Positions 27,574 through 37,757 are shown, numbered from the stretch's first letter. The stretch is DNA of 64,000 nt from an uncultured Chloroflexia bacterium (GCA_963748625.1 CAVVJT010000004.1:512001-576000); one strand, 5' to 3'. Notes: generated by a model not told the origin, from the sequence alone. A program made the numbers and translations.

Positions 27574-28833
27574 TCAGCGGGCGGCGATCGCCCCAAGCTC
27601 GGCGAGGAGGCGGTCCACCTCGTCGTCCGTGTTGTAGTGGGTCAGGCCGATCCGTAGCACGCCCTCAGGCTCCAGGCCCAGGGACTCGGTCACGCCCTTC
27701 GCGTAGAAGTTGCCGGCCCAGGTGGCGATCCCCCGCCGGCCGAGCTCCGCCGACACGTCGCCCGCGGTGTGGCCGGCGATCGTGACCGCTGCCGTCGGCG
27801 TGCGCTCGTCCATGCGCGCCCGGTCGGTGATGCCCCAGACGCGCCCACCCGGGATCGCCTCGAGGCCGTCCAGCAGCCGCGCGAGCAGCGGCATCTCGTA
27901 CGCGCGGATCGCGGCCATGCCCGCGTGCATGGCGAGGCGGCGTCCTTCCATGCCCGGGAAGCCAGCGGCGTGGTCGGCGCCGTAGGTCCGGCCCACCTCG
28001 GCGATGTACTCCACAGCCGCGAGCGCGCCCGCCCAACTCTCGAAGTTGCCGGTGCCGGTCTCGTAGCGATCGTCGGCCACGCGCAGCTTGTACGTGGGCA
28101 GCGCGTCGAGCGCATCCCGGCGCCCGTAGAGCACGCCCACGTGCGGCCCGAAGAACTTGTAGGCCGAACAGGCGAGGAAGTCGGTCTCCACGGCCTGGAC
28201 GTCGATCGGCAGGTGCGGCGCGGCGTGGACCGCGTCCACGTAGGTCATCGCACCGGCCTCGTGGGCGCGCCGGACCAGCTCGGCCACCGGGTTGATGGTG
28301 CCGACGGCGTTCGATGCCCAGCCGAAGGCGACGAGCTTCGGGCGCTCGTGGAGGATGCGGTCGAAGCCCTCGATGTCCAGCGTGACATCGTCCGGACGGA
28401 TGCCCACCGTGTGGACGGTGACGCCCCGGTCTGCGGCGGCGCTGCGCCACGGGCCGACGTTCGCCTCGTGGTCGAGCGACGTCACCACCACGCTGTCGCC
28501 GGGCTCCAGTGAGGCCATGACCGATCGTGCGAAGTGCATCGTGAGCGACGTCATGTTCGCGCCGAACTTGATCTCAGCCGGATCCGCGGCATTGAGGAAG
28601 TCGGCGAGGCCGGCGTGTGCTTCCTCGACGACGGCGTCGCTCCGCTGTGAGGTGAGGAAGTCGCCGCCGTGGTTGGCGTTCGACGTCCGGTAGTAGGCGC
28701 TGATCGCCTCGACGACGGTATCGGTCACCTGGGTGCCGCCGGGGCCGTCGAACAGGGCCACGGGCCGTCCGTCCTGCTCGATGGCGAGACCGGGGAAGCG
28801 GGTGCGGAGCGCCGCGACATCAAGCTGGGGCAT
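27574..28833 (-). CDS. Cysteine desulfurase-like protein (class V aminotransferase)
   Basis: FDGPGGTQV, DHEANVGPW, VDAVH, CSAYKFFGPHVG, ETGT. Confidence 0.9.
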   Translation of the reverse strand: MPQLDVAALRTRFPGLAIEQDGRPVALFDGPGGTQVTDTVVEAISAYYRTSNANHGGDFLTSQRSDAVVEEAHAGLADFLNAADPAEIKFGANMTSLTMHFARSVMASLEPGDSVVVTSLDHEANVGPWRSAAADRGVTVHTVGIRPDDVTLDIEGFDRILHERPKLVAFGWASNAVGTINPVAELVRRAHEAGAMTYVDAVHAAPHLPIDVQAVETDFLACSAYKFFGPHVGVLYGRRDALDALPTYKLRVADDRYETGTGNFESWAGALAAVEYIAEVGRTYGADHAAGFPGMEGRRLAMHAGMAAIRAYEMPLLARLLDGLEAIPGGRVWGITDRARMDERTPTAAVTIAGHTAGDVSAELGRRGIATWAGNFYAKGVTESLGLEPEGVLRIGLTHYNTDDEVDRLLAELGAIAAR

Positions 28834-28960
28834 GGGATCCTCGTGCTGGCTTCGCGACCGATGCTAGCGCGGCCCGGGTGACGACGGAGACCCGGCCGAC
28901 ACGACCACTCCGTTGTCGTGACGGGCGCCATCGGTCGGGCCCGGGCGGCCGACATGCAGA

Positions 28961-28990
28961 CGCCCCGATGGCGGGACGACCATCGGGGCG
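28961..28990 (-). terminator. Hairpin terminator downstream of the YceI gene
   Basis: CGCCCCGATGG/CCATCGGGGCG 11-bp inverted repeat. Confidence 0.55.
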
Positions 28991-29042
28991 CGACTGCGGA
29001 ATGCGGAGGCGGTGCCGGGCAACGAGGCGCCCGAGCGCGGGA

Positions 29043-29615
29043 TCAGGCGGATGCGGCCACGGCGCCGGACTCGGCGGCCACGGCGACAGCCTCCTCGACG
29101 GCGATGTCGAGCTCAAGCTTGATCTCCTTGCCGACGAGCCACCCGCCGGACTCGAGAGCGACGTTCCACGTCAGCCCGAAGTCCTCGCGGTTGATCTTCG
29201 CCTCAGCGTGGAGGCCCACCCGGCGGTTGCCGCTCATGCCGGTGTAGACGCCCAGGACCTCAGCGTCGAAGGTGACCGGGCGGGTGGTGCCGCGGATGGT
29301 GAGGTCGCCGGTGACCTTGTAGTCGCTGCCACCCTTCGGCTCGACGCGCGTGGAGACGAAGGTCGCGGTCGGGAAGCTGTCGACGTCGAAGAAGTCGGCC
29401 GAGCGCAGGTGCCCGTCGCGCTGCTCCACGCCGGTGTTGAGCGATGCGATGTCGATCGTGAAGGTGCCCTTGGCGGTTGTCGGATCCTGCGGGTCAGCCT
29501 CGATGGAGCCGTCGACCGAGGCGAACTTGCCGCGGACGTTGGTGACCATCATGTGCTTGGCGGAGAAGAGGACGTCGGTGTGGGTGGGGTCGATTGTCCA
29601 GGTGCTCGTGGCCAT
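29043..29615 (-). CDS. YceI family protein
   Basis: WTIDPTHT...KHMMVTNVRGKF...RDGHLRSADFF...GDLTIRG...REDFGLTWN. Confidence 0.92.
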   Translation of the reverse strand: MATSTWTIDPTHTDVLFSAKHMMVTNVRGKFASVDGSIEADPQDPTTAKGTFTIDIASLNTGVEQRDGHLRSADFFDVDSFPTATFVSTRVEPKGGSDYKVTGDLTIRGTTRPVTFDAEVLGVYTGMSGNRRVGLHAEAKINREDFGLTWNVALESGGWLVGKEIKLELDIAVEEAVAVAAESGAVAASA

Positions 29616-29672
29616 GGTGCGTGTGGTTCCTCCGGTGCCGCCGGCCGGGTTCACCGGGGCGGCGTGGCGATG

Positions 29673-29719
29673 TAGTTGCTGGCGCAACTATATGGGGTGA
29701 GTAGTTGCGTTGTCAACAA
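29673..29719. promoter_or_regulatory. Two palindromic operators between divergent yceI and marR
   Basis: TAGTTGC-TGGC-GCAACTA (29673-29690, perfect) and TAGTTGC-GTTG-TCAACAA (29702-29719). Confidence 0.7.
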
Positions 29720-29746
29720 CACTCCGGATCGGGTACGATGCCCGGC

Positions 29747-30310
29747 ATGACGACCGTGCATGCTGCCGGCCCTGCGCCCCTGACCGCGAATGACCCGCGC
29801 CTGCCCACCTGGCGGGACTTCCTTCACGCCCATGCCCGGCTGCTGCGCCGCATGGACGAGGAGCTGCAGGCCAACCACGGCCTCTCCATGGCTGAGTACG
29901 ACGCCCTGCTGCAGCTGGCCAACGCGCCCGGCAGGCGCCTCCGGATGTCGGCGCTGGCCGATCGTGTGCTGCTGTCGCGCTCGGGGATCACCCGCCTCGT
30001 GGACCGCCTGGTCGCGTCGGGGATGGTCGAACGGACCACCTGCAGCACCGATGCCCGTGGGGCGGAGGCAGCCCTGACCCCATCCGGCCTGGATCGTCTC
30101 CGGGCCGCGTCGCGAACCCACCTCAACGGTGTCGATACGTGGTTCCTCGGCGTGATCGACGAGGCTGACCGCGTCGCGGTACAACGCGCCCTGGACGCGG
30201 TTCTCGACCACCTCGACGACCATGGAGCTCCGACGGTCGGCGCACCGGTCTGCGCGTCCGAGGCCACGCCGGCGGCTGCGACGCTGGTCACGACCCGGGA
30301 TCGCGCCTGA
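29747..30310 (+). CDS. MarR family transcriptional regulator
   Basis: HGLSMAEYDALLQL...LRMSALA...LSRSGITRLVDRL...DARG...LTPSG. Leaderless ATG 7 nt after TACGAT. Confidence 0.9.
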   Translation: MTTVHAAGPAPLTANDPRLPTWRDFLHAHARLLRRMDEELQANHGLSMAEYDALLQLANAPGRRLRMSALADRVLLSRSGITRLVDRLVASGMVERTTCSTDARGAEAALTPSGLDRLRAASRTHLNGVDTWFLGVIDEADRVAVQRALDAVLDHLDDHGAPTVGAPVCASEATPAAATLVTTRDRA

Positions 30311-31050
30311 CGGGCGGCAGCGTCGGGCGGGTCCTCGCCGGGACGAGCGGCTTCGCCTATCCAGGATGGGCGCCCCGCTTCTATCCGGCAGGCCTGCGCT
30401 CCCGCGACCTGCTCCCCCACTACGCCGCGCGCCTGCCCGCCTGCGAGCTGAACAACACGTTCTACGCGCGTCCGAAGCCGAGCACGATCGCCGGCTGGAC
30501 GGGCGCGGTTCCCGAGTCCTTCCGGTTCGTGGTCAAGGCGCAGCGGGGAGCGTCGGTGCGGGCGCTGTACGCGGATGCCGCGGAGTCGGTGGGTTGGCTG
30601 ACCGAGCCGCTGCCGGCATTCGGGGAGCGCCTGGGTGCGGTTCTCTTCCGCGTGGGCAATGAGATCCCGCGCGACCAGGGCCGCCTGGACCGCATGCTGG
30701 CCGCGTGGCCGCGATCGATCCCGCTGGTGCTCGAGGCGCAGCATCCGTCCTGGATCCGCGATGAGACGTTCTGGGCGCTCCGGGACGCGGGCGCCATCTG
30801 GTGCACCACCGACCTCGACGACCAGGTCGACGTGCCCGACATCCGCCGGACGGGCCCATTCCTCTACCTGCGCCTACGCCGGTCGGCGTATTCGGACGCA
30901 GAGCTCGACCACTGGGCTCGCAGGCTGGTGCCGTTCCTCGAGGACGCCATGGATGCCTTCGTGCTGTTCCGCCACGATGAGGACGGCACCAGCGCGCTGC
31001 ACGCCGAGGAGTTCGCGGCGCGAGTCGAACGGGTGCGCGCCGGGGGCTGA
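30307..31050 (+). CDS. DUF72 family protein (start probably non-canonical CTG)
   Basis: In frame upstream of ORF 30529: AGTSGFAYPGWAPRFYP...ELNNTFYARP. Later YLRLRR. CTG 30307 overlaps the marR TGA. Confidence 0.82.
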   Translation: MTGGSVGRVLAGTSGFAYPGWAPRFYPAGLRSRDLLPHYAARLPACELNNTFYARPKPSTIAGWTGAVPESFRFVVKAQRGASVRALYADAAESVGWLTEPLPAFGERLGAVLFRVGNEIPRDQGRLDRMLAAWPRSIPLVLEAQHPSWIRDETFWALRDAGAIWCTTDLDDQVDVPDIRRTGPFLYLRLRRSAYSDAELDHWARRLVPFLEDAMDAFVLFRHDEDGTSALHAEEFAARVERVRAGG

Positions 31051-31097
31051 CCAGGCTCGCGGGGGCTGGTGCAACTCAGGGGTACCCTACCCGCACC

Positions 31098-32375
31098 ATG
31101 TCCCTACGCCACCCCGCCCTCGCGGCCCTGCTCGGAATCATCGTGCTCACCGGCGGCTGCGCGTCGCCCGCCCCGAGCCAGGCGCCCGAACCGGAGGCCT
31201 CCACGTCCACGGTCGTCACACCCCGACCTCCGTCGCCCACGGCTGGCGCGCGGACTCCTGCCCCGGGCGCCCAGCGGCCGGACCTGGCCGCGGCAGCGGC
31301 AGGGATCGAGGAGATCGCCAGCGGCCTTGACCAGCCGCTATGGGTCACCGTCTCGGGCGCCGGTGACGGCCGCCTGTACATCGCCGAGCAGCCCGGCCGC
31401 ATCCGCGTGCTCGAGCCGGGGGGCGGGCTGGCGGCGGAGCCCTTCCTCGACATCACGGACAGGGTCGGGAGCGGTGGCGAGCGAGGCCTGCTCGGGTTTG
31501 CATTCCCACCGGACTTCGGGCCGTCGAACGCCGTCGCCTACGTCCATTACAGCAACCGCGACGGGGACACCACCCTGTCGGCGTTCTCCCTGGACCCGCA
31601 TGCCATCATGCAACTCGACCCGGCAACCGAGAAGGTCCTGCTCACGGTGGAGCAGCCCTACGCCAACCACAACGGCGGCTGGGTGGGCTTCGATGCCGAC
31701 GGCATGCTCCTGCTCGCGTTGGGAGACGGCGGCGCCGGCGGCGATCCCGAGAACCGGGCGTCGAACACGGGCGAGCTGCTGGGCAAGATGCTCCGGCTGG
31801 ACGTCTCGGGCGCGTCGGGTGGCAAGGCGTACTCGATCCCTGCCGACAATCCCTTCGCCGACGGTCAGGGCGGTCGTCCCGAGATCCTGCACCTGGGCCT
31901 GCGCAACCCCTTCCGCGCCTCGGTGGACCCGGTGACCGGCGACCTGTGGATCGGCGACGTCGGCCAGAACGAGTGGGAGGAGGTCGATGTCGCCCCCGCA
32001 GGCGCCCGCGGCCTGGACTTCGGCTGGCGGCGCTGGGAGGGCCGGCACTGCTATGACCCGAGTCCTTCGTCGGACTGCTCCGATGCCGGCGTGACGATGC
32101 CGGTCACCGAGTACCAGCACGGAGCCGGCTGCTCGGTCATCGGCGGCGTGGTCTACCGCGGCGACGCGATCCCGGCCCTGCGTGGCGCGTACCTCTTCTC
32201 GGACTACTGCTCCGGAACCCTGTGGGCGATCGATGCCGGCCTCGATGCGGCGCAGGCCCCGGTGACGCTGCTCGAGACCGGCAGGCAGATCAGCGCCATC
32301 GGCACGGACGACACGGGCGAGGTGGTGATGACCGATCTTGGCGGTTCAGTGCTGCGCCTGGTGCCCGCCGGCTGA
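31098..32375 (+). CDS. PQQ-dependent glucose/sorbosone dehydrogenase family lipoprotein
   Basis: Lipobox-like LTGGC, ERGLLG, QPYANHNGG, GLRNPFR, GDVGQ. Paralog of 26331..27569. Confidence 0.9.
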   Translation: MSLRHPALAALLGIIVLTGGCASPAPSQAPEPEASTSTVVTPRPPSPTAGARTPAPGAQRPDLAAAAAGIEEIASGLDQPLWVTVSGAGDGRLYIAEQPGRIRVLEPGGGLAAEPFLDITDRVGSGGERGLLGFAFPPDFGPSNAVAYVHYSNRDGDTTLSAFSLDPHAIMQLDPATEKVLLTVEQPYANHNGGWVGFDADGMLLLALGDGGAGGDPENRASNTGELLGKMLRLDVSGASGGKAYSIPADNPFADGQGGRPEILHLGLRNPFRASVDPVTGDLWIGDVGQNEWEEVDVAPAGARGLDFGWRRWEGRHCYDPSPSSDCSDAGVTMPVTEYQHGAGCSVIGGVVYRGDAIPALRGAYLFSDYCSGTLWAIDAGLDAAQAPVTLLETGRQISAIGTDDTGEVVMTDLGGSVLRLVPAG

Positions 32376-32399
32376 TCTGGCCACCACAGGACCGACCGG

Positions 32400-33302
32400 T
32401 CAGGCGGCCGGAGCGCCCGTGCCGGCCTCCACTCGGGCAGCCTGCGCGGCCTTGGGTGTGACCGGACGCAGGTACAGGAACAGCACGATCCCCACGTAGG
32501 CGATCCAGGTGACGAAGGTGATGAGCTCGGGCTGCGAGGTGTAGCCGAACAGCGCCCTCAGGAACTGTCCGCCCAGCAGGGCGATCCCGTCCGGAGCGCC
32601 CGCGATCTCCTTGTGCGGGAGGACGGCGGAGATGTCGAAGATCGCCTGGGTGCCGATCGTGATCACGCCGATCTCCACGAGCTCATGGACGGCGCGCGAC
32701 AGCAGCCCCGCCGCGATGAAGATGAGGGCGACCCCGGTCCACCGGAAGAAGGTCCGCAGGTTGATGACGCGTGCGCCTCGGTAGAAGCCGACACCGATGA
32801 GCACCGAGAGGCCCAAACCTACGAGAGCGCCGAGCAGCACGCTCAGGGCCGCGCCTTCGGCGGACGCCGCCTGGCCCACGAGGAACACGGCTGTCTCCAG
32901 GCCTTCCCGGATGACCGCGGTGAAGGCCAGGACCGCCAGGCCGATCGCGCTGCCCTCGGTGAGCGCCCGGTCAACCGAGACCTGGAGCCCGCTCTTGACC
33001 GACATCGCCTGCCGGCGCATCCAGAACAGCATCCACGTCACGACGCCCGCTGCCACCAGCATCGTGATCGCCTCGAAGATCTGCTCGTACGGCTCCTCGA
33101 AACCGCCGATGGTCACGAACAGGCCGGTGCCGACGGCCAGGCTCACCACGACGGCCGCGATGGTTCCCGCGTAGATCTTGGAGAAGTGGCGGCGGTTCCC
33201 GGTCTTGGCGAGGTAGGCCAGGATGATGCTGACGATCAGCGCCGCCTCGACGCCTTCTCGCAGGCCGGTCAGCAGACCGCTTGTGAACGAGCCGAAATCC
33301 AC
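32400..33302 (-). CDS. FTR1/EfeU family iron permease
   Basis: Two REGxE motifs (LREGVEAA, IREGLETA) and about 7 TM helices. GTG 33302 follows GGAG. Confidence 0.92.
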   Translation of the reverse strand: MDFGSFTSGLLTGLREGVEAALIVSIILAYLAKTGNRRHFSKIYAGTIAAVVVSLAVGTGLFVTIGGFEEPYEQIFEAITMLVAAGVVTWMLFWMRRQAMSVKSGLQVSVDRALTEGSAIGLAVLAFTAVIREGLETAVFLVGQAASAEGAALSVLLGALVGLGLSVLIGVGFYRGARVINLRTFFRWTGVALIFIAAGLLSRAVHELVEIGVITIGTQAIFDISAVLPHKEIAGAPDGIALLGGQFLRALFGYTSQPELITFVTWIAYVGIVLFLYLRPVTPKAAQAARVEAGTGAPAA

Positions 33303-33372
33303 CGTTGAGCTCCAGGACGCGGGGCTTGGCAGGTCCGGGCAGTGGCCTGCTGGACGGGAGCGCGATGGCGGG

Positions 33373-33434
33373 ATGGTAGTGCGCCGCGCAACGACCGTCA
33401 AGCAGCCTTGATGTTCACTACAAGGCCGCCCTGA
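33373..33434 (-). promoter_or_regulatory. sigma70 promoter of the iron permease with an adjacent inverted-repeat operator
   Basis: Minus strand TTGACG (33396-33401), 17 bp, TACCAT (33373-33378). Dyad GCAGCCTTG-N10-CAAGGCCGC immediately upstream of the -35. Confidence 0.55.
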
Positions 33435-33653
33435 TATCCCTTGCCAAGGCACCGCGGGACCGCTCGCCCGGGATGGCGCGTCCGCCCCCCGGATGCACCC
33501 TCACCGTGCCAACGCCACAGATCGGGAAGCGCGATGTGGCACGCCGGACAGACCGAAACGACAGGGCACCCGCTGGTTGGCCCGCTGGCCGAGCATTGGG
33601 CCCGCGCGTTTGGTGACCCCCATCGACCGGCTGGGTCCGCCGTCACGACCGAT

Positions 33654-33811
33654 TGCATCCGCGGCAATAGATTCCGCCAGTGATGTCGCGACGATGCCCG
33701 ACAGACACGAGAGCGACCGACCCGGTACTCTCCGCGCCCGTGATCCTGTCGTCCCCGTGCGCGATGGGCAACACGACGACAAGCGGGGCCAAAGGTGTTG
33801 CCTGGCGTGCA
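33654..33811. repeat. 158-bp degenerate-dyad element, copy A
   Basis: Ungapped alignment with 57978-58135 (90/158 identical by hand count, first 19 nt 18/19). Ends TGCATCCGCGGCAATAG...TGTTGCCTGGCGTGCA. Confidence 0.7.
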
Positions 33812-34055
33812 CGCGTCGCAATTGGCCCGCTGCCCGCGCGCTGCGCCGGCTGTTATGCAACTGCAACGTCACCGGTCGTGCAGCAGGCGCGGCGTTCGCA
33901 CGTGCTGGTCTAGGCTGGATCACGACGCAGCAGCCAGGTGCCAATCCCGCGCGCGATCGAGCCTGTGACGGAGCCGGTCGCGCGAGACAGCGCCGCACGA
34001 TCCGGTCCCCTCCCGGGTCGTGCGGCGCTCGTTGTCGTGCCGGGACCGCAGGCTC

Positions 34056-36738
34056 CTAGGTCTGCAGCGGGTCGCCCCCCTCGGGGTCGATCCCGAGCTC
34101 GAGGATCGCGGCAGCGGCCGCTGCGGGGTCGTAGGCGCCCGCACGGGCGAGGCCCGAGAGCGCGGCCGCCACGATGCTCGGCGTGTCGATCTCGAAGTGC
34201 GCCCGGAGCGCCTCGCGCGTGTCGCTGCGCCCGTACCCATCGGTGCCCAGCACCAGGTACGGGGCCTCGATCCACGGCGCCACGAGGTCGGGCAGCGTCT
34301 TCATCCAGTCGGTCGAGACGATCACCGGACCGCCCGTCGGGACCCAGCACCTGCGCCACGTACGGGACGCGGGCCGGCTTGTCGGGGTTGAGCCGGTTCC
34401 AGCGCTCCACCCCGAGCGCGTCAGCCCGGAGCATCCCGAACGAGGTTGCCGAGTAGACCTCAGCGGCGATCGTGTACTGCTCGGCAAGCCGGTCCCGGGC
34501 CGCAAGGACCTGCTGCATGATCGAGCCCGAGCCCACGAGCCGGACCCTGCCCTTCGCATCGGGCAGCTCGGGCGCCTCGAGGAACCGGTACAGGCCGCGG
34601 ACGATGCCCTCGTCCACGCCTTCGGGCTTGGCGGGCTGCGTGTGGTTCTCGTTGTAGACGGTGACGTAGTAGAAGACGTCCTCGCCCTGGCCGTACATGC
34701 GGTTGATGCCGTCGCGCACGATGGCCGCCAGCTCGTACGCGAACGCCGGGTCGTACCCGCGGACGGCCGGCACCGTGGACGCGAGCACATGCGTGTGCCC
34801 GTCGTTGTGCTGCAGGCCCTCGCCCGCCAGCGTTGTCCGCCCGGCCGTGGCGCCGATCATGAACCCGCGCCCTCGCTGGTCGCCGAACGCCCATGCCTGG
34901 TCGCCGGTCCGCTGGAACCCGAACATCGAGTAGAACATGTAGAACGGGATCATCGGCAGGCCGTGGGTGGCGTACGCAGTGCCCGCGGCCTGGAGGCTGG
35001 CCATCGATCCAGCCTCGTTGATGCCCTCCTCCAGCACCTGGCCATCGGTGGCCTCGCGGTACGAGAGCAGCAGCTCCGAGTCCACCGGGGTGTACCGCTG
35101 GCCGTGCGCGGCGTAGATGCCCACCTCCTTGAAGAGGGGGTCCAGGCCGAACGTGCGGGCCTCGTCAGGGACGATCGGCACGATGCGCTTGCCCAGGACG
35201 GGATCACGCAGCAGGTTGCGCAGGATCCGGCCGAAGACCATGGTCGTCGAGACCTCGGTCTTGCTGCCGCCCGCGAACTCGGCATCCACTTCGGGGACCG
35301 GTGCCGGCAGGGGTGCCGCGCGCACGACGCGCCGGGGCACGGAGCCGCCCAGCGACGCCCGTCGCTCGATCATGTACTCGACCTCCGGCGACCCGGAACC
35401 CGGGTGGAAGTACGGGTACTCGCTGAGCTGGTCGTCGGGGATCGGCAGCTCCAGGCGATCTCGGAAGACCCGCAGCTCGTCCTCGCGCATCTTCTTGGCC
35501 TGGTGGGTGTAGTTGCGGCTCTCGATGCCCTTGCCCAGGGTCCAGCCCTTCACCGTCTTGGCGATGATGACCGTCGGCGCGCCCTTGAACTCCGTCGCGG
35601 CCTTGTAGGCGGCATGCACCTTGCGGTAGTCGTGGCCACCGCGCCGGAGGTGCTCGATGTCGCGGTCGGAAAGGTGGGCGACCATGCGCTGCAGGCGCGG
35701 GTCCGGGCCGAAGAAGTTCTCGCGAACGTAGAGCCCGGTGGAGGTCGAGAACTTCTGGAACTCGCCGTCCACGGTGGTGTTCATCTTCTCGACAAGCACG
35801 CCGTCCGAGTCACGGGCGAGCAGGTCGTCCCACTCGCGGCCCCAGATCACCTTGATGACGTTCCAGCCTGCGCCGCGGTAGACGCCCTCGAGCTCCTGGA
35901 TGATCTTGCCGTTGCCACGCACCGGACCGTCGAGGCGCTGCAGGTTGGCGTTGATGACGAAGGTCAGGTTGTCCAGCCCCTCGCGCGCCGCCAGGGCGAT
36001 GCCGCTGATCGACTCGGGCTCGTCCGTCTCGCCGTCGCCCAGGTAGGCCCAGACACGCTGCTGGCTGGTGTCCTTGAGGCCGCGGTTGTGCAGGTAGCGG
36101 TTGAAGCGGGCCTGGTACACGGCGGCCAGGGGCCCAAGGCCCATGGAGACCGTCGGGAACTCCCAGAAGTCCGGCATGAGCCGGGGATGCGGGTAGGACG
36201 AGAGGCCCCCCGGCCCGCCGGTCTCGCGGCGGTACCGGTCGAGGTCCGCCTCGCTGAGCCTGCCCTCCAGGAACGCGCGTGCGTAGATGCCCGGAGCCGC
36301 GTGACCCTGGAAGAAGATGGAGTCGCCCCCGCCCGGATGGTCCTTGCCCCGGAAGAAGTGGTTGAAGCCCACCTCGTACAGGGTCGCCGCCGATGCGTAC
36401 GTGGACATGTGCCCGCCGATGCCCGGGAACCGCGTGTTCGCCCGGAGCACCATCGCCACCGCGTTCCAGCGGATCAGGCGCCGGATCCGAAGCTCCAGGC
36501 CCTCGTCGCCCGGGAAGTACGGCTCCTGCTCGGGGCTGATCGTGTTGATGTAGCGCGTCTGCGTCAGCGCCGGCACGCCGATCTGGAGCTGGCGGGCGCG
36601 CTTGAGCAGCTTGTACATCAGGAAGCGGGCGCGGTTCTCACCCTCCTGGTCGAGGACCTGGTCGAGGGACTCGACCCACTCGCGGGTCTCGGCCTCATCG
36701 ATGTCGGGGAGCTGCTGCTTGAAGTCGTCGATGTACAT
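34056..36738 (-). CDS. aceE: Pyruvate dehydrogenase E1 (homodimeric type); +1 frameshift near 34333-34335
   Basis: DIDEAETREW, GGHMSTYAS, YPHPRLMPDFWEFPTVSMGLG, GDGETDEPES, DEARTFG, GEGLQH. The C-terminus LGTDGYGRSDTREALR is in the shifted frame (ORF 34056..34790). Confidence 0.93.
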
Positions 36739-36921
36739 CGGGGCTCCGGAGGTGGACGCGGGCGGGTGCTGCGCGGGGACGCTGGGCACCACAAGCGTAG
36801 CCCCGTTCGGGTGCGAATGCCTGCGGCGAAGCCGGGGACAGCACGTGTCCGCGACCTGCAACGGTGGTGTAATGGGCCTGCAACCCTCGCTTCACCACCG
36901 CGCCGCGCAAGGAGGTGTCCG

Positions 36922-37686
36922 GTGAGCACCCAGCCGCTGGTCCTCGTCGCCGACGACGAGCCCCGGATCACGAAAGTCGTCTCCCTCGTGCTGTCCGCGG
37001 AGGGATTCCGCGTCGTGACCGCGACCAGCGGTGAGGAGGCGCTCGTGCGGGCGGAGGAGGTTCGCCCCGACATCGTCCTGCTCGACATCGTGATGCCCGA
37101 CCTCGATGGGATCGAGGTGATGCGCCGGCTCCGGGAGCGGCGGCCGGTCCCGGTGATCCTGCTCACGGCCAAGGGCTCCACGGCCGACAAGGCGAAGGGC
37201 CTGGACCTCGGCGCCGATGACTACATCGCCAAGCCCTTCCACCCCGACGAGCTCGCGGCGCGGGTCCGCGCGGTGATCCGGCGGTCCTCCGGCATGCAGC
37301 CCGGCGGCGGGGTGCTGCGCTTCGACGACGTCGAGATCGACCTGGAACGGCGCATGGTGACCCGCGGCGGGGAGCTGGTCCAGCTGTCGCGCACGGAGTG
37401 GCTGCTGCTGCAGCACCTCGCGGTCAACGCGGGCAAGGTGGTCCTCCACACCGAGCTGCTCACCAAGGTCTGGGGTCCTGAGTACCGCGACGACCTCCAG
37501 TACCTGCGGGTCTGGATCTCGCGCGTGCGCCGCAAGCTGGGCGCCAAGCCTGGCGAGCCCGGCCGGATCCGCACCTTCCAGGGCATCGGCTACCTGCTCG
37601 ACGTCGAAGGTGAGGCGCCGTCGCCCGGGGGCACCCAGGACGGCGAGCCCGACGCCGAGCCCGGCGAGGACGGGGGTGCTTCTTGA
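36922..37686 (+). CDS. OmpR/KdpE-type response regulator
   Basis: VLVADDE, LLDIVMP, LTAK, GADDYIAKPF, winged helix YLRVWISRVRRKL...IRTFQGIGY. GTG 36922 follows AGGAGG. Confidence 0.92.
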   Translation: MSTQPLVLVADDEPRITKVVSLVLSAEGFRVVTATSGEEALVRAEEVRPDIVLLDIVMPDLDGIEVMRRLRERRPVPVILLTAKGSTADKAKGLDLGADDYIAKPFHPDELAARVRAVIRRSSGMQPGGGVLRFDDVEIDLERRMVTRGGELVQLSRTEWLLLQHLAVNAGKVVLHTELLTKVWGPEYRDDLQYLRVWISRVRRKLGAKPGEPGRIRTFQGIGYLLDVEGEAPSPGGTQDGEPDAEPGEDGGAS

Positions 37687-37757
37687 TGCCCGATCACCCT
37701 CCCGTCGGGGGCCGTCGGGCGGTCGCAATATCCTGCGCGGGGCGGTAGGTTAGGCCC

